A DNA stretch of 64,000 nt from Candidatus Peregrinibacteria bacterium (lineage in GTDB: Bacteria > Patescibacteriota > Gracilibacteria > UBA1369 > LOWO2-01-FULL-3), in NCBI GenBank assembly GCA_030688025.1, contig JAUYJL010000009.1, forward strand, positions 1,503 to 65,502, written 5' to 3'. Positions 11,092 through 21,404 of the stretch are shown piece after piece. The notes beneath the pieces are model-generated. The model saw only the letters and a list, made by a program, of their open reading frames with translations. It did no database searches and was not told the origin of the DNA. Position 1 is the stretch's first letter, and every line of letters begins with the position of its first letter. The position numbers and the translations under genes were made by a program.

Positions 11092-13227
11092 ATGAAAAAC
11101 TTGCGAGACATACAGGAGGGGACATCAAAAGAAAAAATAGACTTGAGAAAGCCTAAAGATTTAGAGTTGCGAAAAAAAGCTGAAACTTTAAAGAAAAGCA
11201 AAAACATCTTATACAAAAAAACGCCTACGGTAAAAGAAGTAAAGGATTTGTCCGGTAACGATAATCCTTCGTATTCATACATCAAAGGAAAGTCTTATAA
11301 GGCTCCAAAATTCATTGGAAACATTTTGAAAATTGGAATTTTTGGATTTATCATAGTATTCGTATTGAACTCCGTTTCCATTTATTTTCAGGGAAAATCT
11401 TTAAAGAAAGAAATCTCAAATATTGCATACGAAGGGATAAGCTATCTTGTAGATGCAGGAAAAAGTGCGACAAAAATTCAGTTTGAAAATGCATTGGAAA
11501 CTTTCGACAAAGCCTTGAAAAATTTTTCTACAGCGGAAAACGACTTATGGTTTATCAGCAAAGACAAGACCTTTTACGCATCTGACAATAACGCAGGGAA
11601 TGCAGTGGAATCTTTACTCCAAAGTGGTAAACATTTCGCAATAGCCGGAAAATATTTTACGGAAGCACTCGATGAATTTAATAAAATCCCAGTCTTTTTT
11701 GTGTCAAAGAATAATCCTGAAACAACGCAAAAAGTATCAATAACGGAACTGCTGAAAAAAGGCCTTGATAAGACCGAAATAGCATTAAAAGAAATTGCGT
11801 CTGCTACGGAAAAAATAAAAAATATAGATGAAAAATCATTGCCGACGGAAATAGGATCAAGGATAACTTTAGCAAAACAAAAAATAAACGAAGTGTCAGG
11901 CATTTTAAAAACGATATCGGAATCATTCCCTTCGTTGCTAAAACTTTTGGGAGATGAAAAGCTCCACAGATATTTAATTCTTCTGCAAAACAACAATGAA
12001 ATTCGCGCTACAGGCGGATTTATAGGGAGTTATGCAATAGTTGAAATACAGGACGGATATATCGAAAAACTTGATGTACACGATGTTTATGACATCGACG
12101 GAAGTTATAAAGGAGTGATAGAGCCTCCCGAAGAATTGAAATTTTTCACAACAAATTGGAGGTTTAGAGATTCAAATTATTCTCCGGATTTCAAGGTTGC
12201 GGCGGCAAAGGCAAAATGGTTTTTGGAGACGGAAGGTGGCCCGGAAATAGACACAGTAATCGCAATAAATCAGGGACTGCTCAAAGATATGCTGGAAATT
12301 TCAGGGCCTGTACAGGTTGGAAATTTTGGAAAATTAAATTCAGAAAATTACAATTTACTTTTGAGTTTCATAATCGAATCAAAATATTGGGGAGCGGAAG
12401 ATCCGAAACACATATTGAAAGTTTTTATTCCGGAATTCAAAAATCAAATAATGAAAGAAGAAAATGTCAGCAAAATGATGAGCAAGTTATACAAGGCAAT
12501 TCAGCAAAAGCACATCATGGCGTATTCATCTGATCCGCAAGTCGAAGCCCTTTTTGAGTCCTTCGGTCTAAATGGAGAAATGAACAAATTGAAAAATGAT
12601 GAAGATTATTTAAGTGTAATAAATACGTCGGTCGGAGGAACAAAGTCGGATCAATTTATAGAAGAAAAAATATATCACAACACGACGATTGATAAATTTG
12701 GAACGGTTATCGATGAAGTAAATATAAAGCGTACGCATCTGTGGACAGATTCAATCTATTACCAATGGAAAAAAACTCTAGGAGCATATGGAATTGACGG
12801 AATGCCGGATCAAATAATAGACATTTTGGGGCGTGGACGAAATAAAGTATCAACAAGAGTTTATGTGCCTGACGGAGCGATTTTATTGAGCTCAACCGGC
12901 GCAGAAATCCAAACAAAATACGACAGGGATCTAAAAAAAACATATTTCATTTTTCAGGTGGAAGTGAAAGCCGGAGAGTCAAAAGAAATAAATATAAAAT
13001 ATCAATTGCCTTTCAGATTGGATTTTTCGCCTATGGCTACGTATAAAATGTACGCCGATAAACAGCCGGGAAGCAGAGGAAGTATTTTGACAAAAGAAAT
13101 ACACGGGAATGAAATCCACAATTTGGAATTCTATCCTGTGGATCAAAAATCATCCACAAACAAAGAAATAAACTACGAAACGAATCTTGTCTATAATCGA
13201 TATTTCTCAAGTATTTGGGAGAAATAA
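11092..13227 (+). CDS. DUF4012 domain-containing membrane protein
   Basis: N-terminal TM helix, then the stretch LLQNNNEIRATGGFIGSYAIVEIQDGYIEKLDVHDVYDIDG. I recognise this stretch as the DUF4012 signature. Confidence 0.75.
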   Translation: MKNLRDIQEGTSKEKIDLRKPKDLELRKKAETLKKSKNILYKKTPTVKEVKDLSGNDNPSYSYIKGKSYKAPKFIGNILKIGIFGFIIVFVLNSVSIYFQGKSLKKEISNIAYEGISYLVDAGKSATKIQFENALETFDKALKNFSTAENDLWFISKDKTFYASDNNAGNAVESLLQSGKHFAIAGKYFTEALDEFNKIPVFFVSKNNPETTQKVSITELLKKGLDKTEIALKEIASATEKIKNIDEKSLPTEIGSRITLAKQKINEVSGILKTISESFPSLLKLLGDEKLHRYLILLQNNNEIRATGGFIGSYAIVEIQDGYIEKLDVHDVYDIDGSYKGVIEPPEELKFFTTNWRFRDSNYSPDFKVAAAKAKWFLETEGGPEIDTVIAINQGLLKDMLEISGPVQVGNFGKLNSENYNLLLSFIIESKYWGAEDPKHILKVFIPEFKNQIMKEENVSKMMSKLYKAIQQKHIMAYSSDPQVEALFESFGLNGEMNKLKNDEDYLSVINTSVGGTKSDQFIEEKIYHNTTIDKFGTVIDEVNIKRTHLWTDSIYYQWKKTLGAYGIDGMPDQIIDILGRGRNKVSTRVYVPDGAILLSSTGAEIQTKYDRDLKKTYFIFQVEVKAGESKEINIKYQLPFRLDFSPMATYKMYADKQPGSRGSILTKEIHGNEIHNLEFYPVDQKSSTNKEINYETNLVYNRYFSSIWEK

Positions 13228-13228
13228 A

Positions 13229-15007
13229 CTATTTCCTTCCAAACATTTTTGAAAGTTCGGATAGCGTAAGCGAAATCATTGTCGGCCTTCCATGTGGGCA
13301 CGTATAAGGCATTTTAAGTTTTTCCATTTGCATAATCAGAGATTGCATTTCGTCGAGACTAAGTTTTTGCCCAAACTTTATTGCGCTTCTGCAAGCCATG
13401 TATGTGATTATGGTTTCAATGTTCCCCTGAAACCTTGAAGGATTTTTTTCATTTTCAATGTCATCTAAAACTCCTTTTATTACTTGTTCGATGTCTTCTC
13501 CTGCAAAGAATGAAGGAACGGAATAAACATTAAAAGTATTGCCTCCGAAATTCTCTATCTCAAATCCAAGATTTTTAAACACATCAATATTGGCTTCAAT
13601 CTGAGCAATTTCGGTGCTTGTGAACTCTATTTGCGAAGGTACAAGAAGAGGCTGAATTTTTTTGTCGGCACTTGAAAACTGCTCCATCAACTCTTCATAA
13701 CGTACTCTTTCATGTGCCGCATGTTGATCTATAAGGACAAGTCCTTCATCATTTTTTGCGACGATGTAAGAATCGGAAATCTGAACGATGGATTTTAAAA
13801 CAGGTTCTTTTTGTATCATTGCAGAGCTGTTTTGTTCGCGCTTCATCAAAATATCTTTTGAGAAATTTATAGAATCTTGCGCAGGAAAATTTTCACGAGA
13901 ACTACCAAAATTTTTCACAAAACCACCTGAAAAATTAGCATTATTGTTTGAAGGAATTTCTTTCGGCAAACTGTCAGACATATATCTTTGGGTTTCGACA
14001 AAAGCTTTTGGAATTAAATCACTTTTCTCTAACGCAGTTTTTGTAGCAGAATAAAGAACTGAATTCAAGGCTTGCTGGTCAGCAAAACGGACTTCTATCT
14101 TTCTCGGATGCACATTCACATCCACCATCGCCGGATTTATTTTTATATTTATAATGAACACCGGTTTCTTATTTTCCATCAACATAGAATGATATGCGGA
14201 CTTGATTGTATGGGCGAAAAGATGATGTTGGATATACCTCCCATTAACGAAAAAATATTGATGTTGAGAAGTACTTCGGGAAAGAAGAGGTTTCCCTATA
14301 AACCCATCAATTTGTAGCTCACTGCCGCCATAAAAGATAGGAAGCATCGCCTCGGCGGTATTTTTACCAAAAATATCAGCTACCCTCGAAATCAAATCAG
14401 TCGATTTCGGAAAATCGGAAATGACTTTTTCATTATGTATAAGCTTTAAGGCAATATGAGGATTTGCAAGCGCGATATTGTCAAACATCGTAGTGATATG
14501 TCCAAGCTCAGTTGTCTCTTTCTTTAAAAATTTTTGTCTCGCAGGAGTATTAAAAAATAAATCATATACCTCAATAATAGTGCCGACAGGAATTCCGATA
14601 TCGTCTCTGGAAACGGTATTCCCGCCTTTTATATTTATTTCTGTGCCGGAAAGATCCTCAGCATTTTTACTTTTAATAATCATGCTTGAAACGGAAGCGA
14701 TACTTGGTAAAGCTTCGCCCCTAAAGCCCATCGTATTTATTTTCCATAAATCAGACTCGGAAGAAATTTTGCTTGTTGCATGCCTTTGAGTACACATCAT
14801 TGCGTCTTCTCTCGACATTCCGCGCCCATTATCAAAAACCTTTATGAAAGTTTTTCCGGCATCTTTCACCTCAACAACAATGCGATCCGCACCTGCATCG
14901 ATACTATTCTCAACGAGTTCTTTTACCACGCTGGCAGGCCTTTCTACGACCTCTCCGGCGGCAATCTGATTTACGAGGTTCTCAGGTAAAAGTTTGATTA
15001 TAGACAT
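13229..15007 (-). CDS. mutL: DNA mismatch repair protein MutL
   Basis: N-terminus IKLLPENLVNQIAAGEVVERPASVVKELVENSIDAGA (GHKL ATPase). Length of 592 aa fits MutL, and mutS is nearby. Confidence 0.95.
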   Translation of the reverse strand: MSIIKLLPENLVNQIAAGEVVERPASVVKELVENSIDAGADRIVVEVKDAGKTFIKVFDNGRGMSREDAMMCTQRHATSKISSESDLWKINTMGFRGEALPSIASVSSMIIKSKNAEDLSGTEINIKGGNTVSRDDIGIPVGTIIEVYDLFFNTPARQKFLKKETTELGHITTMFDNIALANPHIALKLIHNEKVISDFPKSTDLISRVADIFGKNTAEAMLPIFYGGSELQIDGFIGKPLLSRSTSQHQYFFVNGRYIQHHLFAHTIKSAYHSMLMENKKPVFIINIKINPAMVDVNVHPRKIEVRFADQQALNSVLYSATKTALEKSDLIPKAFVETQRYMSDSLPKEIPSNNNANFSGGFVKNFGSSRENFPAQDSINFSKDILMKREQNSSAMIQKEPVLKSIVQISDSYIVAKNDEGLVLIDQHAAHERVRYEELMEQFSSADKKIQPLLVPSQIEFTSTEIAQIEANIDVFKNLGFEIENFGGNTFNVYSVPSFFAGEDIEQVIKGVLDDIENEKNPSRFQGNIETIITYMACRSAIKFGQKLSLDEMQSLIMQMEKLKMPYTCPHGRPTMISLTLSELSKMFGRK

Positions 15008-15008
15008 C

Positions 15009-15581
15009 TTATTTTGTTGAATAATTTACAACTATTTCGGAAGTTTGAGTTTTTCCATCCTTGAAAGTAGCCGTGAATTTAAAAGTATTTTTACCGACTC
15101 CAAGATTTCCTAATGTTTGGCTGGCCTTATATGAAAAATTTGGATTTCCCTCTTTAAAGCTTTTCAAAGTGTATGCGTCCTTCACGGTTTTTCCATTTTT
15201 TGTAAATGTTGACTCAACTGAAACTTTTGTAACATCAGGAGAAACAGTCCCTAGAAAAACAACAGGCTGTGTCGTTATAACTACATCATTTTCAGGACTT
15301 GTGATTTTTATGAAGCTCGTCGAAGCGCTTTCCTCAGGCTTTTTCTCTTCTGCAGGTTTCCCCTCGATTACGACTACAGGTTCAGCTTTTTTAACCTCAG
15401 CGACAGTCTTCACGTCTTCCTGAACAAGCCCAAGTTTTGTTTGAAGATCTTTTACCTCAATCTGTAATTTTTCAACGGCATCTTTTTGCTCTTTCAAATC
15501 ATCAATATAAGGGATTCTGCATCCTGACAAGACACCTGATGATAAAACAACGAGAGAAATAATTAAGATTTTCTTATACAT
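15009..15581 (-). CDS. Lipoprotein, unknown function
   Basis: Signal peptide with a lipobox-like LSGC (MYKKILIISLVVLSSGVLSGC), followed by a beta-rich domain. It sits between mutL and mutS. Confidence 0.65.
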   Translation of the reverse strand: MYKKILIISLVVLSSGVLSGCRIPYIDDLKEQKDAVEKLQIEVKDLQTKLGLVQEDVKTVAEVKKAEPVVVIEGKPAEEKKPEESASTSFIKITSPENDVVITTQPVVFLGTVSPDVTKVSVESTFTKNGKTVKDAYTLKSFKEGNPNFSYKASQTLGNLGVGKNTFKFTATFKDGKTQTSEIVVNYSTK

Positions 15582-15635
15582 ACATTTTGATTAATCAAAT
15601 AGTTCTGCAGGCGCAGATAATAACAAAAATCCACA

Positions 15636-18170
15636 TTAACTTCCACTCCTTTTCTTTATTTCGTCAAGCTTTTGTAATGCCTGCAGGGGAGTCAAAGAAT
15701 CGATATCAAGTGTCCTTAATTCGCTCAGAATTCCATGAGTTCTTTCATTGGCCTCGAAAAGTTTCATTTGAGAAGGATCAGGAGAAGGTTTATTTATTTT
15801 TTTATTTTCAAGATCTACCAAAACTTCTTTTGCTCTCTCAACAATTTCATAAGGAAGTCCTGCAAGTTTTGCGACCTCGATTCCATAACTTCTATCAATT
15901 CCTCCTTCGATTATTTTATACAAAAATACGACTCCATCTCGTTCATTTTCTTTGATGGCGACGCTGAAATTTTTGGCTGAGGTAAGCCCATCAATAAGCC
16001 CTATCAATTCGTGGTAGTGGGTCGCAAAAAGAGTTTTCGCTTTTACGAAATTATGAATATATTCAGTGATTGCCCATGCAATACTTACTCCATCATAAGT
16101 GGATGTTCCTCGCCCGACTTCATCCAAAATGATCAAACTTTTATCAGTCGCATGATTGAGGATATGAGACGCTTCTTGCATCTCAACCATGAAAGTACTT
16201 TCTCCTTGAACCAAATTATCGCTTGCCCCGACACGTGTAAAAATGCGATCAAATACAGGCATTTTCGCATTATCAGCAGGAACATAACTTCCTATTTGTG
16301 CCATCAGAACTATTATTGCGACTTGCCTCAAATAGGTGGATTTTCCTCCCATATTGGGACCGGTGATCAGTAAAAACCTTAAATCATCATTCATGTTTAA
16401 ATCATTCGGAACAAAGTTTGAAGATTCATTTAAGCGCTCTATGACGGGGTGTCTGCCATTTGTAATTTCAAAAGAATAATCATCCTCAAGGATTTCCGGA
16501 CGACAATAATTATTTTTTACAGCATTAAACGCAAAAGTAGAAAACACATCTGTTAGGGCAACAGCTCTGGCACAAGCCTTAATTTCACTCATCTGTTTTA
16601 CAACTTCCATTCTCACTTTATAAAAAATTTCATATTCCAGTTGTCTGATTTTTTCTTCTGCATTCAAAACTTTTTCTTCATATTCTTTTAATTCAGGAGT
16701 TATAAATCTCTCGGCATTTACCAAAGTTTGTTTGCGTATATAATCGCTTGGAACCGCAGACAGATTGGTATTGCTGATTTCGATGTAATAACCGAAAACA
16801 TTGTTGAATTTTATTTTTAAAGATGAGATTCCTGTCCGTTCAACTTCTCTTTCCTGCAAATTTCTTATAAAAGTTTTTCCTTCCGTCCCGATATTTCGTA
16901 ACTCATCCAATTCTTCATTATAAGAATCTTTTATGATCCCGCCTTCCTTTACGGTCAAAGAAGGCGCATCCACAATAGCCTTATCAATCAAATCAGTAAG
17001 TGCAGAAAAATCTCCGAGACCGGAAATCAAATCCTCAAGTCCTGAAAAATTAGAAAGTTTTTTAATCGTTGGCAAAACTTTCAATGAAGATTTTAGCGCA
17101 ACAAGGTCGCGTGCATTGCCTGTACCAAGGCTTAAACGACTAAGTAATCTTTCTATGTCAAAAATTTCATTTAATATATCGCGCAAATTTCTTAACAAAG
17201 TGGAATCGGAAAAAAAGAAAGAAACTTTGCTTAGCCGGTCATCAATTTCGGATTTTTTTAAGAGGGGATGAAGTATGAAACTCCTCATCATACGGCCACC
17301 CATCGGAGTTTTGGTGTTATCCAAAATAGAAATAACACTACCTTCTTTTTTATCGCGTGAAGTATAAAAAATCTCAAGATTTCTAATACATGATTGATCT
17401 AAAATCATAAAATCAGAGACGGCATAAGAAGAAATTTTTTGAATATGTTTGATGTCGGACTTTTGTGTTTCAAGTAAATATTCATAAAGCATGCCGCTTG
17501 CAAAAATCGCAGAAACCTTTTCCTCAAGCCCAAAAACACTAAGGGAATGAATGCCAAAATATTTTTTCAAACTCTCCTCTGGCACTTTTACATAAGAAAA
17601 AGGAAATGCATAAATCTCTTTCAAGCTTTTTAAGAAGTTAACAAAATTTTCTTTAGAATTTGAATCATAAATAATCTCAGCAGGACTAACGCGTAAAATT
17701 TCAGAACCAAGTTCATTTAAGTTTTGAACCTCAGTCGAATGAAAATCTCCCGTAGTGATATCGCAGTAGGCAAAGCCAAAAATGCCTTTATTCTCATACG
17801 CACAAGCAACGTAATTATTTGCTCTGCTATCGATAATGTTTTCATCAAAAGTTGTCCCCGGAGTGACTACACGTATGACTTCTCTTTCAACAATTCCTTT
17901 TCCGTTTGGCTCTGTAACTTGATCACAAATCGCAACTTTTTTCCCTGCGCGAGTAAGTTTTGAAAGATAATTATCAAGTGCATGATACGGTATTCCGCAC
18001 ATCGGAGTGCCATGCCGTGCTGTTAAAGCAATTTGCAAAATTTTTGAAGCATTTTGTGCATCTTCAAAAAACATCTCATAAAAATCTCCGAGTCGAAACA
18101 TCAAAATAGCATCTTTATGAATTTCTTTAATTTTATGATATTGCGCCATCATTGGCGTAACCTTTTCCAT
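15636..18170 (-). CDS. mutS: DNA mismatch repair protein MutS
   Basis: TPMMAQYHKIKEIHKDAILMFRLGDFYEMFFEDA N-terminus. Walker A is GPNMGGKST, and STFMVEMQE and DEVGRGTSTYDG are also present. Confidence 0.96.
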   Translation of the reverse strand: MEKVTPMMAQYHKIKEIHKDAILMFRLGDFYEMFFEDAQNASKILQIALTARHGTPMCGIPYHALDNYLSKLTRAGKKVAICDQVTEPNGKGIVEREVIRVVTPGTTFDENIIDSRANNYVACAYENKGIFGFAYCDITTGDFHSTEVQNLNELGSEILRVSPAEIIYDSNSKENFVNFLKSLKEIYAFPFSYVKVPEESLKKYFGIHSLSVFGLEEKVSAIFASGMLYEYLLETQKSDIKHIQKISSYAVSDFMILDQSCIRNLEIFYTSRDKKEGSVISILDNTKTPMGGRMMRSFILHPLLKKSEIDDRLSKVSFFFSDSTLLRNLRDILNEIFDIERLLSRLSLGTGNARDLVALKSSLKVLPTIKKLSNFSGLEDLISGLGDFSALTDLIDKAIVDAPSLTVKEGGIIKDSYNEELDELRNIGTEGKTFIRNLQEREVERTGISSLKIKFNNVFGYYIEISNTNLSAVPSDYIRKQTLVNAERFITPELKEYEEKVLNAEEKIRQLEYEIFYKVRMEVVKQMSEIKACARAVALTDVFSTFAFNAVKNNYCRPEILEDDYSFEITNGRHPVIERLNESSNFVPNDLNMNDDLRFLLITGPNMGGKSTYLRQVAIIVLMAQIGSYVPADNAKMPVFDRIFTRVGASDNLVQGESTFMVEMQEASHILNHATDKSLIILDEVGRGTSTYDGVSIAWAITEYIHNFVKAKTLFATHYHELIGLIDGLTSAKNFSVAIKENERDGVVFLYKIIEGGIDRSYGIEVAKLAGLPYEIVERAKEVLVDLENKKINKPSPDPSQMKLFEANERTHGILSELRTLDIDSLTPLQALQKLDEIKKRSGS

Positions 18171-18312
18171 AAACCGAATTTAAATTGCCCATGCCCCTCA
18201 GGAAGCAAAGTCTAGCAAAGATTTTAAGAAAATTTAATGAAAATTTAACAAAAATTTAATCTTCTGCCTTTACAATGTATGAAATTTCTTGCTTTACGCT
18301 TTAATGGAACAA

Positions 18313-18633
18313 CTAATTCAAAAGTGGAATAACATCAATCGCCGGCTCTTCATAAGGATGAACAGCTCTAACAGCAGCCAAAACTTCTTGAAGTTTTTCA
18401 AATGGGCAAATTGTCTCAATCCGTTCCTCTTCGACTTCCTCTATGTCACCAACTTTTCCAATATACGGATTGGCGCCTTCTAGAGGCCTAAATCGTCCGA
18501 CACCCTTCACGCTAAAACTACAAGAATCATAATCTCCAATATGCCCAGCACCTGACTGCGAAAGAGCTTCTCTCACTTTATCAGCATGAGAACTCGGCAC
18601 ATACACAACAATTTTTACATTTTTGAATTCCAT
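18313..18633 (-). CDS. Stand-alone NIF3/YqfO-family PII-like domain protein
   Basis: VKIVVYVPSSHADKVREALSQSGAGHIGDYDSCSF...GRFRPLEGANPYIGKVGDIEEVEEERIE...AHPYEEPAIDV matches the insert domain of NIF3/YbgI-type proteins from memory. The start was chosen at MEFKN (18633) rather than the upstream ATG at 18651. Confidence 0.6.
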   Translation of the reverse strand: MEFKNVKIVVYVPSSHADKVREALSQSGAGHIGDYDSCSFSVKGVGRFRPLEGANPYIGKVGDIEEVEEERIETICPFEKLQEVLAAVRAVHPYEEPAIDVIPLLN

Positions 18634-18755
18634 AAGGCAAGACTGACACAATTTGAGAAATATGTAAATTCAAGTTACAGGATTTAATAATAATTTTAAG
18701 ATTCTTTAACGAAAAGTTAATGTCCACCTGTTATGCCATATAAGCATCTTGGGGT

Positions 18756-18825
18756 GGGGGTGGCAGGTTTGCATTGGTTGACAGCGAATCAACCGATACG
18801 GGTTCGATTCCCGACACCTCCACCA
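18756..18825 (+). ncRNA. tRNA-like / tmRNA-TLD-like minihelix: 7-bp acceptor stem with G3:U70, T-arm, A73-CCA, no D-arm
   Basis: GGGGGTG pairs with CACCTCC, placing a G:T at the 3:70 position. The T-arm is ACGGG-TTCGATT-CCCGA, followed by discriminator A and an encoded CCA. There are 11 unpaired nt where the D-arm should be, and a 6-bp hairpin GGTTGA-cagcgaa-TCAACC where the anticodon arm should be. A rho-independent terminator follows immediately. Confidence 0.4.
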
Positions 18826-18839
18826 CCAATTATGCAAAA

Positions 18840-18862
18840 GGCCTCCTTTTGGAGGCCTTTTT
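18840..18862 (+). terminator. Rho-independent terminator after the tRNA-like element
   Basis: GGCCTCC-tttt-GGAGGCC perfect 7-bp stem followed by TTTTT. Confidence 0.75.
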
Positions 18863-18989
18863 GTGACAAGTCACATCGATTGACAGCGAATACGCTAATT
18901 GTATCAACTTTGTGCATTTTTTTCAATTTTTTTTTGCAACAATGTATCTATCAAATCAGCTACCGAGGATTTCTCGGAAACTGCTCATC

Positions 18990-19065
18990 TGGAGCCACTA
19001 CCCGGAATCGAACCGGGGACCTCTGCTTTACGAAAGCATTGCTCTACCAGCTGAGCTATAGTGGC
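18990..19065 (-). tRNA. tRNA-Thr (anticodon CGT), CCA encoded
   Basis: The reverse complement folds as a canonical cloverleaf. The parts are GCCACTA/TAGTGGC acceptor, GCTC-AGCTGGTA-GAGC D-arm, anticodon loop TTCGTAA, variable AGGTC, CCCGG-TTCGATT-CCGGG T-arm, and T-CCA. Total length is 76 nt. Confidence 0.9.
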
Positions 19066-19117
19066 ACAACGCTGATTCTAGGACATTGGCACGCAGTCGT
19101 AAAGGAAAAATAAAAAT

Positions 19118-19900
19118 CTATTTATTTTTCTTGGATTGAGTTTTCTTGAGAAGATTCCATGATAACTGATACATTTTTTTATGGAAGTCTGCGATCTCTT
19201 TTGAGTTGATGATGATCGCCATTTTTTCTTTCCATGATGCGATCAGGACCTTATCATCATAGATATTTATTTCCGGAGAAAATTCATATTGTTCTTTTGG
19301 AATAAGGATCATCTCGCGATTTTCAACTTTATCTTTTTTTTGCCTGTCTTTAGACATTTTATTGTCTGGAGCAATACATTTGATGTGAATATTTTTTTGC
19401 ACAGCACGTCGTTCATAATATTCAGGGAAAAAAATTGGAAGACATTTATGCATTTCCTCAACATTTGCATATGCCAAAATTTCTTCAGATGAAGTCAAAG
19501 TGTCTTCATATGCCTGTCTCATGCCTTTTTCACCTTCAAAAAAAGTTACCTTTGGTTTTGTACTTTCAGGATTTTCCAAAGATATCAATTCTGGCAAAAT
19601 ATCTTTTATGATTTTCTGCTGTTTCTCAAGTTCCTTCACATGTTCAACCTTTTCTCTTTCTATGTAATTGATCAACTCACGCGGATCTAGTGCCTTGAAA
19701 TATGTAACTCCATTTTTTTGAATAGAACTTATTAGGCCTCTTTTCCCAAGTATTTCAATAATGTCATAGATCGTCGTTCTATTGATTTCAGTTTTTGTTG
19801 CCAACATTGAAGCAGACAAAGAACCCATCCTAACAAGTTGAATATATACTAAAGATTCCTTTTCGTTGAACCCTATTTTTTTAAGTACTTCTATTATCAT
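19118..19900 (-). CDS. TrmB-family transcriptional regulator
   Basis: N-terminal winged-HTH LKKIGFNEKESLVYIQLVRMGSLSASMLATKTEINRTTIYDIIEILGKRGLIS is typical of the TrmB family. Length is 260 aa. Confidence 0.75.
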   Translation of the reverse strand: MIIEVLKKIGFNEKESLVYIQLVRMGSLSASMLATKTEINRTTIYDIIEILGKRGLISSIQKNGVTYFKALDPRELINYIEREKVEHVKELEKQQKIIKDILPELISLENPESTKPKVTFFEGEKGMRQAYEDTLTSSEEILAYANVEEMHKCLPIFFPEYYERRAVQKNIHIKCIAPDNKMSKDRQKKDKVENREMILIPKEQYEFSPEINIYDDKVLIASWKEKMAIIINSKEIADFHKKMYQLSWNLLKKTQSKKNK

Positions 19901-20042
19901 TCTGTTGTCGAAAATTTTACGACAACTCTATTATACAGCTTTAAATAAGGCTAATCAATAGAGAAAACTATCCGTTGGTAGACCATCGACAAACTGTCAA
20001 AAACATGATAGAATAACTTCTTTTAAAAATAACAATTATCCT

Positions 20043-21404
20043 ATGGAAACAATAGATTTGGTACAACCAAGACATGACTACGCGCCACCTTTTGAGTCAG
20101 GTGAACAAGGGCATATTTATATGCCGACAAGTATGCAAACTGTTGCGGCCAGACTCGAGCATGTGGGTGTAGAGACAAGAATTTTTGATGAAAATTTCAG
20201 AAAAGCAAGACTTACAAGCAATATCACAGGTATAAATTTAGTTGGAGCACCATATATTCCAGAGGCAATAGAATTACAAAGAAGAATCAGGGGTGAAAGA
20301 GCAGGTGACGGAAAATTCTTGCTTGGAGGAAAAGTAATTTCGGGACTTAAGCCAGATGAATTTACGCAACTATTTGGTACTGATTCATCCAATGGAAACA
20401 TCGACACAATGCTCACAACAAATTTGCGTATTCAAGGAGTTTTACCGCAAAAAGAAGACGTATCGCTTATAGGAATTTATGAAAAAATAGATGATGACGA
20501 TATGCGCGAATATTTATCTCGTGAATTTGGTTTTTATTTGTCGCAGGGTTGTAATCAAGCTTGTAGTTTTTGTGCGGCAGATAAAGAACAAAGAGAAAGA
20601 TATAGAAATATAGACATTGCAATAAAAGATTTAAACTATTTGATACAAAGAGCAAAGAAACTGGGAATAAATAAGTTATCAATGTATTTATCCAATTTGG
20701 ATTTATTCCAATCTCCCGAAATGCTTTATAATTTTTCACAGGAAATAAAAAGATTAAAAGAAGAAAATCCTAGATTTGAAATAGAAACCAGAGGACTATC
20801 AAGAGTGACAAGTTTTTTAAGTGCGGCAAAAAAACATGAGGAGTGGGTGCATGCAATAAGAGCATCAGGCCTTACAACTGTTGGATTTGGAGTAGATGGT
20901 TTTGACGATTTGGTCTTTAGATTGACACGTAAAAATCAGACAATAGATGAATGTGAAAGGGCAGTAAGAACATCAAGACAAGACTTCGGAATAACTCCTG
21001 AAATATTGATGGTATTCGGACATTATGGCGCAGACACGGTGGAAACACTTTCTGCGGCATATAGATTCACGGTAGAAATGATGGAGAAATATGGTGCAAT
21101 TCCTCGTCCACATATTTCAAAAAGTTTTACCCCTGGAAATGAAGGATGGTTAAATCCAGATCAACACCCAAAAAAGGCCATAGATCAATTAATACAAGAT
21201 CCAAAAATGTTTCAAGTACTGGATTTTACAACACTTGCATCAGAACTGACACATCCGGATCAAGTAATAAGGGACACAGTGAATGGATATTATTTGAAAA
21301 TCTGCAAGCTAAGTCCATTGTCAACGCAGTGGACATCGCCCCAGGGAATCGATGAAACTATAGAGGAAAATAAAGCACGGAATATGGGCAAATATGACAG
21401 ATAA
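20043..21404 (+). CDS. Radical SAM protein (B12-binding-like N-terminal domain), unknown substrate
   Basis: CxxxCxxC cluster motif GCNQACSFCAADKE at about aa 170. The preceding Rossmann-like domain resembles class B radical SAM enzymes. Confidence 0.7.
   Translation: METIDLVQPRHDYAPPFESGEQGHIYMPTSMQTVAARLEHVGVETRIFDENFRKARLTSNITGINLVGAPYIPEAIELQRRIRGERAGDGKFLLGGKVISGLKPDEFTQLFGTDSSNGNIDTMLTTNLRIQGVLPQKEDVSLIGIYEKIDDDDMREYLSREFGFYLSQGCNQACSFCAADKEQRERYRNIDIAIKDLNYLIQRAKKLGINKLSMYLSNLDLFQSPEMLYNFSQEIKRLKEENPRFEIETRGLSRVTSFLSAAKKHEEWVHAIRASGLTTVGFGVDGFDDLVFRLTRKNQTIDECERAVRTSRQDFGITPEILMVFGHYGADTVETLSAAYRFTVEMMEKYGAIPRPHISKSFTPGNEGWLNPDQHPKKAIDQLIQDPKMFQVLDFTTLASELTHPDQVIRDTVNGYYLKICKLSPLSTQWTSPQGIDETIEENKARNMGKYDR

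Noticed and set aside
18756-18825. Calling the element a functional canonical tRNA-Ala or tRNA-Arg(GCG)
   Set aside because: It has no D-stem, and A instead of U at position 33 of the putative anticodon loop. The TTTGCAT string that looks like an Ala anticodon loop has no flanking stem. It is reported only as a tRNA-like or TLD-like element.
18733-19113. 126-aa plus-strand ORF
   Set aside because: It runs through the tRNA-like element, a terminator and the antisense of tRNA-Thr, so it is an artefact of the RNA-gene region.
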